A stretch of DNA of 63,945 bases, counting the filler, from Octopus bimaculoides (lineage: Eukaryota), in the NCBI RefSeq assembly GCF_001194135.2. It is 5 parts of 5 records of this genome, joined end to end, with 100 filler letters (N's around TTAATTAATTAA, not from the genome) between each part and the next. Parts side by side here need not be neighbours in the genome. Positions count along the whole stretch, not along the records: positions 1 to 18,318 come from NC_068991.1; positions 18,419 to 50,161 come from NC_069003.1; 3 more parts are not named here. The stretch is one strand, 5' to 3'. A program made the translations under genes and the position numbers. The first letter of the stretch is position 1; each line of letters opens with the position of its first letter. Of this stretch, positions 13,446-24,677 are shown one piece after another. The notes beneath the pieces were generated by a model. That model had not been told where the DNA came from. It made no database searches and was given only the letters and a program-made list of their open reading frames with translations.

Positions 13446-13768
13446 TTGTATTTTATATGGTAATCCTAACTTATTCTGTGTTGGTGGTCTTTACAATACT
13501 TATGTGACCATCTATAAACAGATGGCTGTACTTATTACTTTCATTTTTTTTCATTATGTCTTTTTAGTATTTGCAAATTTTTCTATAAATTTTCCTGCCC
13601 TGTTCATTTCTATCACATTTTTTCTGTTTCCTATCTTTATTATTTAATGATATTACTATTTATTTATTTATTTATTTATCATCCTTTCTTTCGTAACATT
13701 TCCTTATAAACGTCTTGACTTTTCTTGTCACAAGATAACTAAACAATTTTTTTGTCATGTGATCTCCA

Positions 13769-13802
<34 letters not shown>

Positions 13803-14934
13803 AGTCTCTCTCTCTCACTAACTCACCCACTTTCACTTTATGTCTTCCACCCTCTTTCTCTCTCGGTCTATACATGTCTTTCTATCTGTATCTGTTGAGT
13901 CTGTTCTCCAACACCACCTCAGCTAACGTTAAAATGACGGCCAAGAAATCGTGTTCAATCAAACATCCTCTGGGATTTTACACAGTCACTTGGAGCACAG
14001 CTCTCTACACGTCACTTACATATTGTGAATATTCCACACACATCCCCACATGCACGCATGTATAAACTTTGTGTGTCTAACTTTGAACATGATATAAACA
14101 TATGCGTATATTATGTATATATTTATAGTCTAACTCCCTAATACAATGCTGCTCTCAGTTTCGTCAATAACTGTTCACTTTCTTTAAGCATCCACGTACC
14201 GACTGCTTATAAATTTTCATATTTAAGTATTCCTTGGTAGCTAGATCCAATATTAAAATACTGTTTTTTCTTGCATCTTGTTTTATTAAGCAACACTGTA
14301 TATTATGACAAACACAAATTTTGTTCTTTGTATACGAAATGTTTCTGTGCAGATAAAGAAGGAACAGCCGAGTTTATGAGCAGTGTGTTCAGGGATACTG
14401 AAGGAAAGTACTCAGCTGCTGATAAAAACTCCTTTCATAAGCTAGGAAAATATGCAGCATAAACTACTGTTTCTTATTTTCCTGTCGGTGAATATTGTAA
14501 CATAATGTTAGCTAATAAACCGATAGATATGCTCTAAAGAACATTATAACAACGAAGCAAAATGCTGTTAACTAAGAAGCAATTTAATATATTGGTGGAT
14601 GAGTACAAAAGTTGTTTGCTTTGTGATAATAGCTCCAGCTTTCTAGGCACTGAGTTCAAATCCTAACGAGGACATCTTTGACTGTAATTCTTTCAGGATT
14701 ATTAAATAAAGTAACGGTCGCGTACTGCGCCGATTCTTCCCTTTCCCTCTCTCTCTATTCTTATTCGACTTTGTCTTTTTCTGGAAGAAATCAGCTGTCA
14801 TCAGACATGGAAGGGATGGCCTTCACCCAGGTTTAAAAGTGCTCAATATACGCTACATGTCACGTCTGCACCTCTACAACTTCATTAAATTAGTTGAGAG
14901 CTCAAGACAAGGTGTGAGTGTGTGCGCGCGCGTG

Positions 14935-14965
<31 letters not shown>

Positions 14966-17164
14966 GAAGGTTTGAAAATGCACTTATTTTAAAGATATTT
15001 ATTTACTTAACCGGTTTCACTTTTTTAGAAAAAGATTATCAAAAGTCTTTGAGAATAATAAAAAATGTTAAAAAACAGAGTATTAAAATGCATATATACA
15101 TTCTTTGATGATAATAAGAGGAATATATTTAAAGTATAAAGCTTTGTATGAACTTTGTAGTGTTACATACTGATTATCACACATTCTCTGATAATAAGAT
15201 GAAAATGTTTAAAACAGTGTAAGTATGAAAATACATATATGGAAAAATNNNNNNNNNNNNNNNNNNNNNNNNNNNNNNNNNNNNNNNNNNNNNNNNNNNN
15301 NNNNNNNNNNNNNNNNNNNNNNNNNNNNNNNNNNNNNNNNNNNNNNNNNNNNNNNNNNNNNNNNNNNNNNNNNNNNNNNNNNNNNNNNNNNNNNNNNNNN
15401 NNNNNNNNNNNNNNNNNNNNNNNNNNNNNNNNNNNNNNNNNNNNNNNNNNNNNATATATACATACACATAAACACATATATGCATATAATAAATACATGC
15501 ATATATGAAGACATATATGAGTTTCCTTTTTGCCAGTGGTTTTTATTAGATACCTGTCCAAGGTATCGCGTAGTGGTACTAAACTCAGAAGCACGTAGTT
15601 ATGGTGAGGATTTCTGGGCACACAACTCTACGTGTGTTCAGATTAGAGATATTCAGGACGCTTCAAGGTTCCAGTTCAAATATCGCTCGCTTCGGTTTCA
15701 CATTTCAAATCGTAACGGTATCGATGCGACTATCAACCCATCTTTCTGTTCCTATGACATTGTTGCAATGTTAATTATTTTTAGTTCAAAACCCGTCTCA
15801 ATGAGAATTACTAAATAAAAATAAATCTAGATGTAGCGGATTAGTATAAGTTGGAGAGGTGGCTGGGGTGTGTGTGACATACTTAAGACATTTTGAAGCA
15901 TTAAATGGCGATCGTAAATCTGCCTTTACGCTTGGTTAACCAAGTATAGTGAAGACGCTGCTTTTTATTTATCACTCCTTAATGCTATTTTTCTTCTACG
16001 TAAATATGTGTGCATGGGTATGTGCATATGTAAGAGAGTGTGAGTGTATTTGTGTATCTGTGAGTGTGTGTGTATACGTCTAAATGTTACAACTTGTGGA
16101 GAATACAATTCATGATGAAGAGTGTGTTGTTTAGATAAGAATCAATTTGTTTCCTTGTGACTCGAGTTTCACGCCACAGCGATCTTTCAGTTGAATAACT
16201 TTTCCGTGTTTCACCCAAGTTTTATGTGTGTGGCTATCGTTTTCATTTGTAATGTTATTTGTATTAATTGTTGTCGTACACTCACTTTTCATTAGTTATT
16301 TCTTCGGTTGCTTTGTCTTTTTTTTTTCATTTTGTTATTATATCCGGTTTCTCTAGATTGATCATAATATCCATTAGCTTATTCGTTAAAAAGGTTGTGC
16401 CTTTTTTGGCAGTAATTTTGTTTCTATTGGTCAATTTTTATTAAATTCTAATTCTGATGATGTACGTAGCGACATTGAGGAATGAAAAGAGTGTTCTGTC
16501 AAGTTTTAAAGCCTTTATTCTGTTTTCGGGGCATGTGTATCCGATGGGACTTGGTGAAACTTTGTTTTGCTAAAGAAATTCTGAAGAATCTACTTCATTA
16601 TTCAATTATTCAAAAGTACTAGGCTATTTGGTTATATGCTCGTTTCTTTGTAAGGATAGTAATTTTTTGTCGTCAGGTTAGCTAACCCCTCCCCCATATT
16701 GCTCGTAATTTGGCGATAATTTCAAATATAAGTTTAAGTCACAGGCGTTATACCATCAATGGACAGAAAACGTGAGATCATCCTGAATAGTTCCTACTCT
16801 TCTTAGACTTTCAGCAGTGAATGCATGTTCAACATTAGTCCATAAAGGAATTAATAGCTTATAGCACCTTACGTTTTGTAGACGAGGACTCACACTTTAA
16901 TCTACATAACAGACTATATGCTGATACATTAATTCCTTTCATAGATTATTGTTAGTAGTATTGTCCCACAACGTACAGATAAGATAACGACATGTAATAG
17001 TATTATTCAAGACATAAAACCACAAAATGTGTCTAATATTAACAACTTATTCTGTTTTTTATTATTCTTTTACCTTGTATTTAATACATACAAACGAATA
17101 TTAGTTCTTACACTAACACAACTCCATTTAACGTAGCTTTTTTTCTCTTTTTAAGTATTTCTTA

Positions 17165-17393
17165 TTTCTTTACTGCCCACAAGGGGCTACACATAGAGGG
17201 GACAAACAAGGATAGACAAACGGATTAAGTCGATTATATCGACCCCACTGCGTAACTGGTACTTATTTAATCGACCCCGAAAGGATGAAAGGCAAAGTTG
17301 ACCTCGGCAGAATTTGAACTCAGAACGTAGCGGCAGACGAAATACCGCTAAGCATTTCGCCTGGCGTGCTAACGTTTCTACTAGCTCGCCGCC
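17165..17393 (-). mobile_element. SINE family A, well preserved
   Basis: Reverse complement of the family A consensus, ending at ...ctagctcgccgcc. Confidence 0.9.
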
Positions 17394-18318
17394 TCTTTAA
17401 GCATTTCTAGTCCTTTAAAACTTGTTTACGTTACATTTCCAGCAGTCCTTTATGCACTATATCCTCCAGTCTAATTTCATTCTCATGTACAAATTTTTAA
17501 AAAATACACACCTCACTTAGTATTGTTTCTAACTGTCAGGACATATCCTAATTCAAATATAACTATGCTTTTCCATTGAACATTTCTACACAACTTTCTT
17601 TACATACACGACTTATTTGGAGTTAGAATTACTTATCTCCTTACTCTTCTATAGAGGTTCCCTCTATAGAAGAGTACCGCTAGTTGCCTTAGTTATAGTA
17701 TATACCTAACTAGACTCATATTTCTTCTTTCTTTCTCATAAGGATAAATATGAATGTCTATACTCTGCTATTTCCTTTATCAAGTCCTTTGTAATAATTT
17801 TTTGCTTATACTTCTTGCACTGAAGAGAACAGTGATATATAATTAATTTAATTTAATTTAGTTAATTTAATTAATACTATTCAACCATGGATTTGCATGA
17901 TTTTGATACCGCTGTTCGAAACGATCATCTGCATGAATTAAAATTCTCTTAAATTTTAACATCTCTTCTCCATTTTAGAAATAGCAGCTAAAAAAGCTGA
18001 GACTCCAACAGATAGCATTACTTGTAACTCACAAAGGCAAAAACAAGAAGAAAAGACAATGAAAACTAACCATTTAAAGTTAAAAATAGACGCGTTTCTG
18101 GATTATGAATGGTAAAATTCAATTTCCGTCATCGGTATGTTATTAATTGTTGATTTATTAATAAATTAATAAATTGATAAATCTTTACCCTTTTAATTTG
18201 TAATAATTATTCACTCCCTGATAGTAAACGCAAAGCTTCTGCGGTATTGTTTGTAACGCACATGGTAATTTCTTGAGGAGGGAGTAGTGGAACGACTGGC
18301 CGAGGTAAGTTCGGTTGT

Positions 18319-18418
18319 NNNNNNNNNNNNNNNNNNNNNNNNNNNNNNNNNNNNNNNNNNNNTTAATTAATTAANNNNNNNNNNNNNNNNNNNNNNNNNN
18401 NNNNNNNNNNNNNNNNNN
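18319..18418. other. Artificial scaffold spacer (N44-TTAATTAATTAA-N44)
   Basis: The same 100-nt construct recurs at 50162-50261, 60209-60308 and 62436-62535. The 12-mer gives stops in all six frames. Confidence 0.95.
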
Positions 18419-18770
18419 GCACAATTTTATCATTGACAAATTAAATTTAAATGTTGAAGTGAATCTGACAGCTTTTGTGTGTTATTTTAAATGGCTTATA
18501 AACACCTTCCACGCTGCAATTGTTTTCGTTCCAGCACACGATCTCAGATCAGGTCACTTGCTATGCAAGTACATCTCCGTAATACATATATATATATATA
18601 TATATATAATTCCAAGAGAGTTAGAGGTTGTGAATCCAACCAATATACCGCTGGTAGAATACCCAATCATTAATACACAAGTGTTTTTTATTGCATGACA
18701 ATTACACTACTGAATGTAATAAATGGGTGAAGGTAAAAAGTTGTTTTACCCTTAATTTATAAGGTAATAA

Positions 18771-19243
18771 GAAAATGGAGGGGATCAAGAGGTGGTATTC
18801 ATCAACTTTTAGACATTATATTATGTCTATTTATTTATTAACAGAAACAAAACAATTATAACAATATACATACACACATATATATGTATATGTAAAATGT
18901 GTATATATGTATGTATTTATATTTATAACTTAACCTTATGAACTTTCTAAACTCTCTGACGAAGTCCAGAGGCACACCCAAGTACCTTAATTTTATCTGC
19001 CAAATACCTCACTTCACTGAAGGGATAGAAGTAAAGTGAGGTACTATGACCTCTTGGCTGAAACAACTGTAAGAAACTATTCTACTTTCTATGTTCTATG
19101 TTATATATTTTTATATATGTAAAGCATAATCTGTTATACGTGTATGTATATTGTTATAATTGTTTTTTTTTTTAAATAAATAAATAGACATAATATAATG
19201 TCTAAAAGTTGATGAATACCACCTCTTGATCCCCTTTATTTTC
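18771..19243. mobile_element. ~470-bp non-coding element with 69-bp terminal inverted repeats enclosing a hammerhead ribozyme
   Basis: 18771-18839 is the reverse complement of 19175-19243 with 2 mismatches. The HHR lies at 18953-19074. Confidence 0.75.
18953..19074 (+). ncRNA. Type I hammerhead ribozyme with ~97-nt stem II domain
   Basis: TCT-CTGACGA-agtccagagg...tacctcactt/aagtgaggta hairpin...cctcttggct-GAAAC-aact-GTA-AGA. Core nucleotides intact; predicted cleavage after A19071. Confidence 0.75.
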
Positions 19244-19251
19244 TCATATAA

Positions 19252-19295
19252 TACTAGAAGAGATATCCGACCTTGCTCAGGATTAAAATTGCATA
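19252..19295 (-). mobile_element. Helitron-like 3' terminus fragment
   Basis: Minus strand cctgagcaaggtcgga imperfect hairpin followed by tatctcttCTAGt. Confidence 0.4.
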
Positions 19296-19311
19296 GTTTT
19301 TTTTATTGTTT

Positions 19312-19580
19312 TACTTGTTTCAGTCATGTGACTATGGCCATGCTGGTGCATCGCCGTTGGTCGACCAAATCGACCACAGGATTTATTCTTTGTAAGCCTA
19401 GTACTTATTCTATCAATGTATTTTGCCGAACCAATAAGTTATGGGAAGTTAAACACAGCAACATCGGTTGTCAAGCAATGGTGGGAGTACAAACTCACAC
19501 ACACACATTTATGACAGTTTTCTTTCTGTTTCCTTGTACAAAATACACTCACAAGACTTTGTTCAGCCTGAGGCTATAAT
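19312..19580 (-). mobile_element. SINE family B, partial
   Basis: Homology to other family B copies. Confidence 0.8.
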
Positions 19581-19593
19581 ATAGATATATATA

Positions 19594-20831
19594 TTGTTGG
19601 CATCCTTTTGTCTCGGGGACTGTTCTGCTAACATATGTTTAAGTTTTCTGTCCCACCAGGTCGTGAAGAGGCCGGCCACATCTCCAGCTACACCAACTCT
19701 TCTACTTTACAGCAGATATGTAGATGACATTAATATCATAGTTAAGACCAACTCTAGTGACGGTCGTGTAGAAACCGAAAGGAACGTAATGGAGAGCATC
19801 CAGCAAATAGCTAACTCCATCCACCAAAGTATCAAGGTAACTATAGATTACCCGACTAAACACCCCAACAATAGGCTCCCTATACTTGATACTGAACTTT
19901 GATTAGAGACTGTGAACAATAGAGTGCAGCTCCTCCACTCATATTATATGAAACCCATAGCTTCAAAATATGTTGTTCACNNNNNNNNNNNNNNNNNNNN
20001 NNNNNNNNNNNNNNNNNNNNNNNNNNNNNNNNNNNNNNNNNNNNNNNNNNNNNNNNNNNNNNNNNNNNNNNNNNNNNNNNNNNNNNNNNNNNNNNNNNNN
20101 NNNNNNNNNNNNNNNNNNNNNNNNNNNNNNNNNNNNNNNNNNNNNNNNNNNNNNNNNNNNNNNNNNNNNNNNNNNNNNNNNNNNNNNNNNNNNNNNNNNN
20201 NNNNNNNNNNNNNNNNNNNNNNNNNNNNNNNNNNNNNNNNNNNNNNNNNNNNNNNNNNNNNNNNNNNNNNNNNNNNNNNNNNNNNNNNNNNNNNNNNNNN
20301 NNNNNNNNNNNNNNNNNNNNNNNNNNNNNNNNNNNNNNNNNNNNGATGTTTGTAGAGGCCACAGCCCATGGAGAACTAGCGCGTAGGTTTAGAAAAGCTC
20401 TGAAGGAGTCCAAACTCAACATTAAGATTGTTGAAATGCCAGGGAACTCCATCAGATCACAACTATGTAGGACGTACCCCTTTGAGAATACCATATGTAC
20501 CCATGATAACTGCATGGTATGTAGGATTAGCCCTGGCATTAACTGCAGAAATAGAAATGTAGTTTACAGCATAAAATGCATGGAAGGTGCTTGTAAAGAC
20601 CTGAATATGACATACATAGGGGAAACATCTAGGAGCATTGCGGAACGACTAAACTAACATCTGAGACAATATGACGACAAAAAATAGTCCTCCATACTCT
20701 ACCAACATGCCAAAGACCAGCATGGAGGCAACTTGGGTCAACTTGACATCTGCATCTTATCCAAGCACCCAAAAGACCCAACTCTAAGACAAATACGGGA
20801 GTACATCATTATAAATAAACATGGTACATAG
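19594..20831 (+). pseudogene. 5'-truncated Penelope-like element (Naiad-like), RT C-terminus plus GIY-YIG, with stops and an N gap
   Basis: YSRYVDD RT motif, LPILDTEL*LE, CTHDNCMVC...CRNRNVVYSIKC...TYIGETSRSIAERLN*H GIY-YIG. The IKIVEMPG..I..QL...PF linker suggests the Naiad/Chlamys type. Confidence 0.85.
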
Positions 20832-21890
20832 CAGCAAAACACACACACACACTCAGACATGCACACACAAGGAGACAGAGGTACATACATACATATACAC
20901 ACATGCACACACATACATAAAAAACACAAACACAGGAATATGCAGAATACATACATACATACATGCAAACGCACATACATACATATATGCNNNNNNNNNN
21001 TGTGTTTGTATGCATGAATGTATGTATGCAAGGTATATACACCTGCGTGAACAGGGGCGATAATACATACAGATACACGTATATATGGATGTGCATGAGT
21101 ACATATACATATGAGTACGAGTTGTATATGTAGATATTGATATGTATAAACATCTGTATAAATATATATATACATACCTAATACATACATATGTATACAT
21201 CTTCACATATATATTTTCTTCTACTACTAAGCACTGACCTGTCCAACCACTTAATATGTATTCCTAAATTCTTCATTCCATTCTACTACCCCTCTCTCTG
21301 CCCCATCACTTAGACTCTATCACTACATAACTGACACTCCTTTACCTTTTACATTATTATACCTCTCTCTCTCTATCACCCCCCCATTCCTTCTATCTTT
21401 TTACACTCTAATACCTTTCTCTCTCTATCACCCTCATCTCCCCATTCCTACTTTCAAATTATCTAGACTGACCACTATCTGGTATACTTTCCCTTATCTC
21501 TCTCCTTGTTTTTCTTTTTCCTTTTTCCTTTTCTTATTCCTCTCTTCCTGTTTTATTTCTTTTTATTTTCTTTCTCTTTTTTTTTATTCCTCTTTTCCTG
21601 TTTTCGATTTGACCTTACAAATACATTCCCTACTTTTAGGTCACTTACTTTAAATAAAACTCTTGATTCAATAGCACTGTGTACAAACTATACTTGGAAT
21701 GACCAATTTTAAATACTATTGGATTTTTCTCACAAGGTATTGGAATCATATATGTATACCATCCTGCCTAAATAATGGATCTACAAATGCAATATCCATG
21801 CATATCTCACATCTATTTTCATTGCTCCACTTCATTCTCTATTTTGTATCTTATCTAAATTAACTATTGCTTAACCATTTTCTCACACCA

Positions 21891-21936
21891 TCTCCGATGA
21901 AGGGATATAATAAATATCCTGGAAACAGTTGTAAGA
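21891..21936 (+). ncRNA. Minimal type I hammerhead ribozyme (C-C-G-A-U-G-A core variant) in the 3' region of the PLE
   Basis: TCT-CCGATGA-agggatat-aataa-atatcctg-GAAAC-agtt-GTA-AGA. Stem III ACAGTTGT is self-complementary with G-U wobbles. Confidence 0.7.
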
Positions 21937-22004
21937 CCTATTTATAAATGTTCTAAAATCTTCGCAGCCTTGTTTTTTTTTTTATCTCATTCTGAAAAAA
22001 AATT

Positions 22005-22036
<32 letters not shown>

Positions 22037-22364
22037 TGTATGTATGCATGCACATGCATGTGAAGAAAATCTCTTGGCGTATGCTTATGCAAGTTAGTCG
22101 TTCCATTCGAAAGATAAAAAAGGAAAAAAAAAATCAGATAATAATAAGTGGGTGGGGGGAAGAAAACAATGGAAAAATAAAAATAAAAAAAGAGAAACAA
22201 AGTTAGAGAAAGAAAGAGATAAAATACTTAGAAGATAGTTGTAAAATGATGTTTTGCGTGATGAATACATAAAAATGCACACATAAAGTTACATGTATTT
22301 CTACATAAATTCAAATGTACACACAGATACGCATACATATATACGAAAATATATGTACGCATAT

Positions 22365-22690
22365 ATCGCAGCATTGGTTTCTCCCGGGGTCTCCTTCCAT
22401 TCACAAGTTCCCCATATAGCATCAGTTTAGGGATCCTGCTATCCTTCATTCTAATAAGGTATCCAGTCCAACATAACCGGTGCTTGTGCACCATCGCCTC
22501 AATACTCAAGATATCAGCTGTTCTCATGACCTATATGCTTGGAGTTTTTAAGATCCAGCCAACATCCAGAGTAAGTCTGAAACATCTCTGGTGAAACCTT
22601 TCAAAGACCCTTACATGACGTTTGTAAAGGGGCCATTCCCCGGCGTCTGAATGTCCACGAGATATATAATGCTGTGTTGAAGAAAGAGCT
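22365..22690 (-). pseudogene. RTE-clade LINE, RT C-terminal fragment
   Basis: SIEAMVHKHRLCWTGYLIRMKDSRIPKLMLYGEL and RHVRVFERFHQRC motifs typical of RTE/BovB. Confidence 0.85.
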
Positions 22691-22699
22691 TCTGACTCG

Positions 22700-23385
22700 C
22701 TTACTGCAGCACGGGAAAACTTTCTGTTGTGCAGGGAACACTGCTACAGCGATCTCTCAAGAAGATGCAGAACACTTGGTGGAAGGATCTTGCACGTAAT
22801 GTTTAGGCTGCTGCTGATGCAAATGACAGCAAGAAGCTTTACCATCTTATGAAGCAAGTTTATGGGCCTAAGAGCTTCACATCAGCTCCTTTGCTTTCTA
22901 ATGANNNNNNNNNNATGGGCCTAAGAGCTTCACATCAGCTCCTTTGCTTTCTAATGAGTTTTCCACTCTATTTACTAAATCAACAGAAATTGCAGGTCGC
23001 TGGATCGAACACTTCTCTGAATTTCGAAACCCATGAGTCAGTTGTGGATGAAACAGTGATGGATACTATGCTACAAAGACCTATCATTGGCTCCTTAAAT
23101 TCCATGCCCTCAGTAGATAAAGTAATGACATACATAAGTAAATTGAATCTTGGTATGGTATCTGGAAATGATGGAATTTGTACTGGTCTTGCGATTTGGT
23201 GGTGATTACATCACACAGTCCCTTCATGAACTTATTAGTGCAATCTGGAAGGATGGTGCAATCCCTAAGGACTGGAAGGACGCAATTATTCTTCCTCACC
23301 ATAAAGGAAAAGGAGCCAGAACATTGTGTGGTAACTACAGAAGCATTGCTCTACTATCAGCTGCTGGCAAGGGTCTGGCACCAGA
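22700..23385 (+). pseudogene. RTE LINE linker/RT N-terminal segment, inverted relative to its neighbours
   Basis: MKQVYGP..., LHELISAIWKDGAIPKDWKDAIILPHHKGKG..CGNYRSIALLS on the plus strand. Confidence 0.85.
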
Positions 23386-23389
23386 CTAT

Positions 23390-24080
23390 GATCTATCCAG
23401 CATTCCGATCCATGAAAAGACTTGACATTACAAATGCCATAGATGTCACGCTTGACGATGGTGACATAATCCAGCTTTAGATCTTGGATGCATCCACATT
23501 GTTGTGTGGTCACCTTTGTGCATAAAATGAGTGCTTGCGATGTAAAGTCCATGTTCATTGCAGAACTCCAGCAGCATGAGACCATTACTGCTCATGTTCC
23601 ATACTCCATAACGTTGTAGAGAGTTCCATGTTTGCATGTTTGCCATGTTTGCATTGGAATCCCCCAGTAGATCAACATGATCAGAATTAGAGATTTTCAA
23701 TAGTATGGCTCTTAGCTGGGTATAAAAAATACTTGTATCTTCAGCACAGCTATATAGGCACTTGTTAAAGTAGCAAACTGCCCACCTTTCAGGTGAAATC
23801 AGAGTCATTAGACGTTAATTTATAGGAACAGGAAGCTCCTCCAACTTCTTAAGGATGAGATCGAATTGCAAAGCCAACACCATCTTTTCTGCACTCCCCC
23901 TTCTGCCTCCATTTCCCCGAAATGTGTCCAATGACATTCCCTGTATACCTGCTTTTATTTCAAATGACCTCTTACAGACATGAAGCTGAGGGGTGCCACA
24001 CTCCCAGTTGTCTGGAATTTCTGCGTACCCGAGCTATTGCTAGATAGCCGTTGAGCCTGCACTAGGTTTATCCGACCTTT
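23390..24080 (-). pseudogene. RTE LINE APE endonuclease segment
   Basis: DGVGFAI...EELPVP..RLMTL, LLGDSNAN, SSNGLMLLEFCNEHGLYIASTHF...TTMWMHPRSK. Confidence 0.85.
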
Positions 24081-24214
24081 CAACAGGTCTTGTTTTTAAT
24101 CCTACTGGGTTTCTAGCAACCCTCTTCACAAAACTATGCGACTAACGGGAATGTGAAACTCTGAGCAACAGGTTTTGTGATATTTTTGATACCTTTTAAT
24201 AAAGCAGGAATTTC

Positions 24215-24345
24215 AACCATGTTTCGTGGTCTGCTACCACAACAGCTCCTTTATAGGATCCAGTTAGCTCAAGACATCATCAGGAGGAACCACGTCCGGT
24301 TTCGGCCCCTACTCCTCTACCGTTTTGAGGTGTCTTCAGCTCTGG
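24215..24345 (-). ncRNA. Two tandem hammerhead-like cores, degenerate
   Basis: Minus strand: CTGAAGA..ccGAAAC-cg-GAC then ttcctc-CTGATGA-tgtc..hairpin..gac-cac-GAAAC-atg-GTT-ga. Stem I pairing is imperfect in both. Confidence 0.4.
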
Positions 24346-24415
24346 TGTTGGGTGCATGTCTTCTTTCTTCTATTCCCTGGCCTCTTCGATGCAGCATCAA
24401 CGAGTGTCAGCGTCC

Positions 24416-24568
24416 GACTGACTGTCTTGTCAAATTCCCCTTTTTATACCTGCTGCTAGGCTCCAGCAGGCTTCCCCAGCAAGTTGTCACATGACACTGT
24501 CTAAACTTCCCGCTGCTAGGCTCCAGCAACCAGCCCCAGCAAGTTGTCACGTGACACTGTCTAAACTT
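24416..24568 (-). promoter_or_regulatory. Pol II promoter-like module: duplicated 60-bp E-box unit, TATA, Inr
   Basis: 60-bp tandem duplication 24452-24568 containing TGTCACGTGACA (24545-24556; variant at 24485-24496). TATAAAAA at 24448-24441 and TCAGTC Inr with its A at 24419, 29 nt downstream. Confidence 0.4.
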
Positions 24569-24677
24569 TAACTGATAATGGAGGGCGCGTAATCTTAGCC
24601 CACGCATGCTCTAACCGAAACCGTCACCTGTCAATCAGGGAAGCCACTTCACTGTCAGCCTGTCTCACCTAATGATG

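Noticed and set aside
14346-14462. Possible exon DKEGTAEFMSSVFRDTEGKYSAADKNSFHKLGKYAA*
   Set aside because: Plausible acceptor but no donor or recognisable homology; too weak to list.
16630-16680. Minus-strand CTGACGA...GAAAC
   Set aside because: The intervening sequence cannot form stem II and there is no cleavage triplet.
19900-19902. In-frame TGA in the Naiad-like PLE as a possible selenocysteine codon (some Naiads are reported to encode selenoproteins)
   Set aside because: It falls at a position expected to be Trp (DTEL-W-LE), so TGG>TGA decay is simpler. The zinc-binding Cys codons are TGT/TGC, and TAA and TAG stops also interrupt the frame.
22861-22957. 43-bp direct repeat around a 10-N gap (similar case at 39786-39860)
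   Set aside because: Typical unmerged contig overlap in scaffolding.
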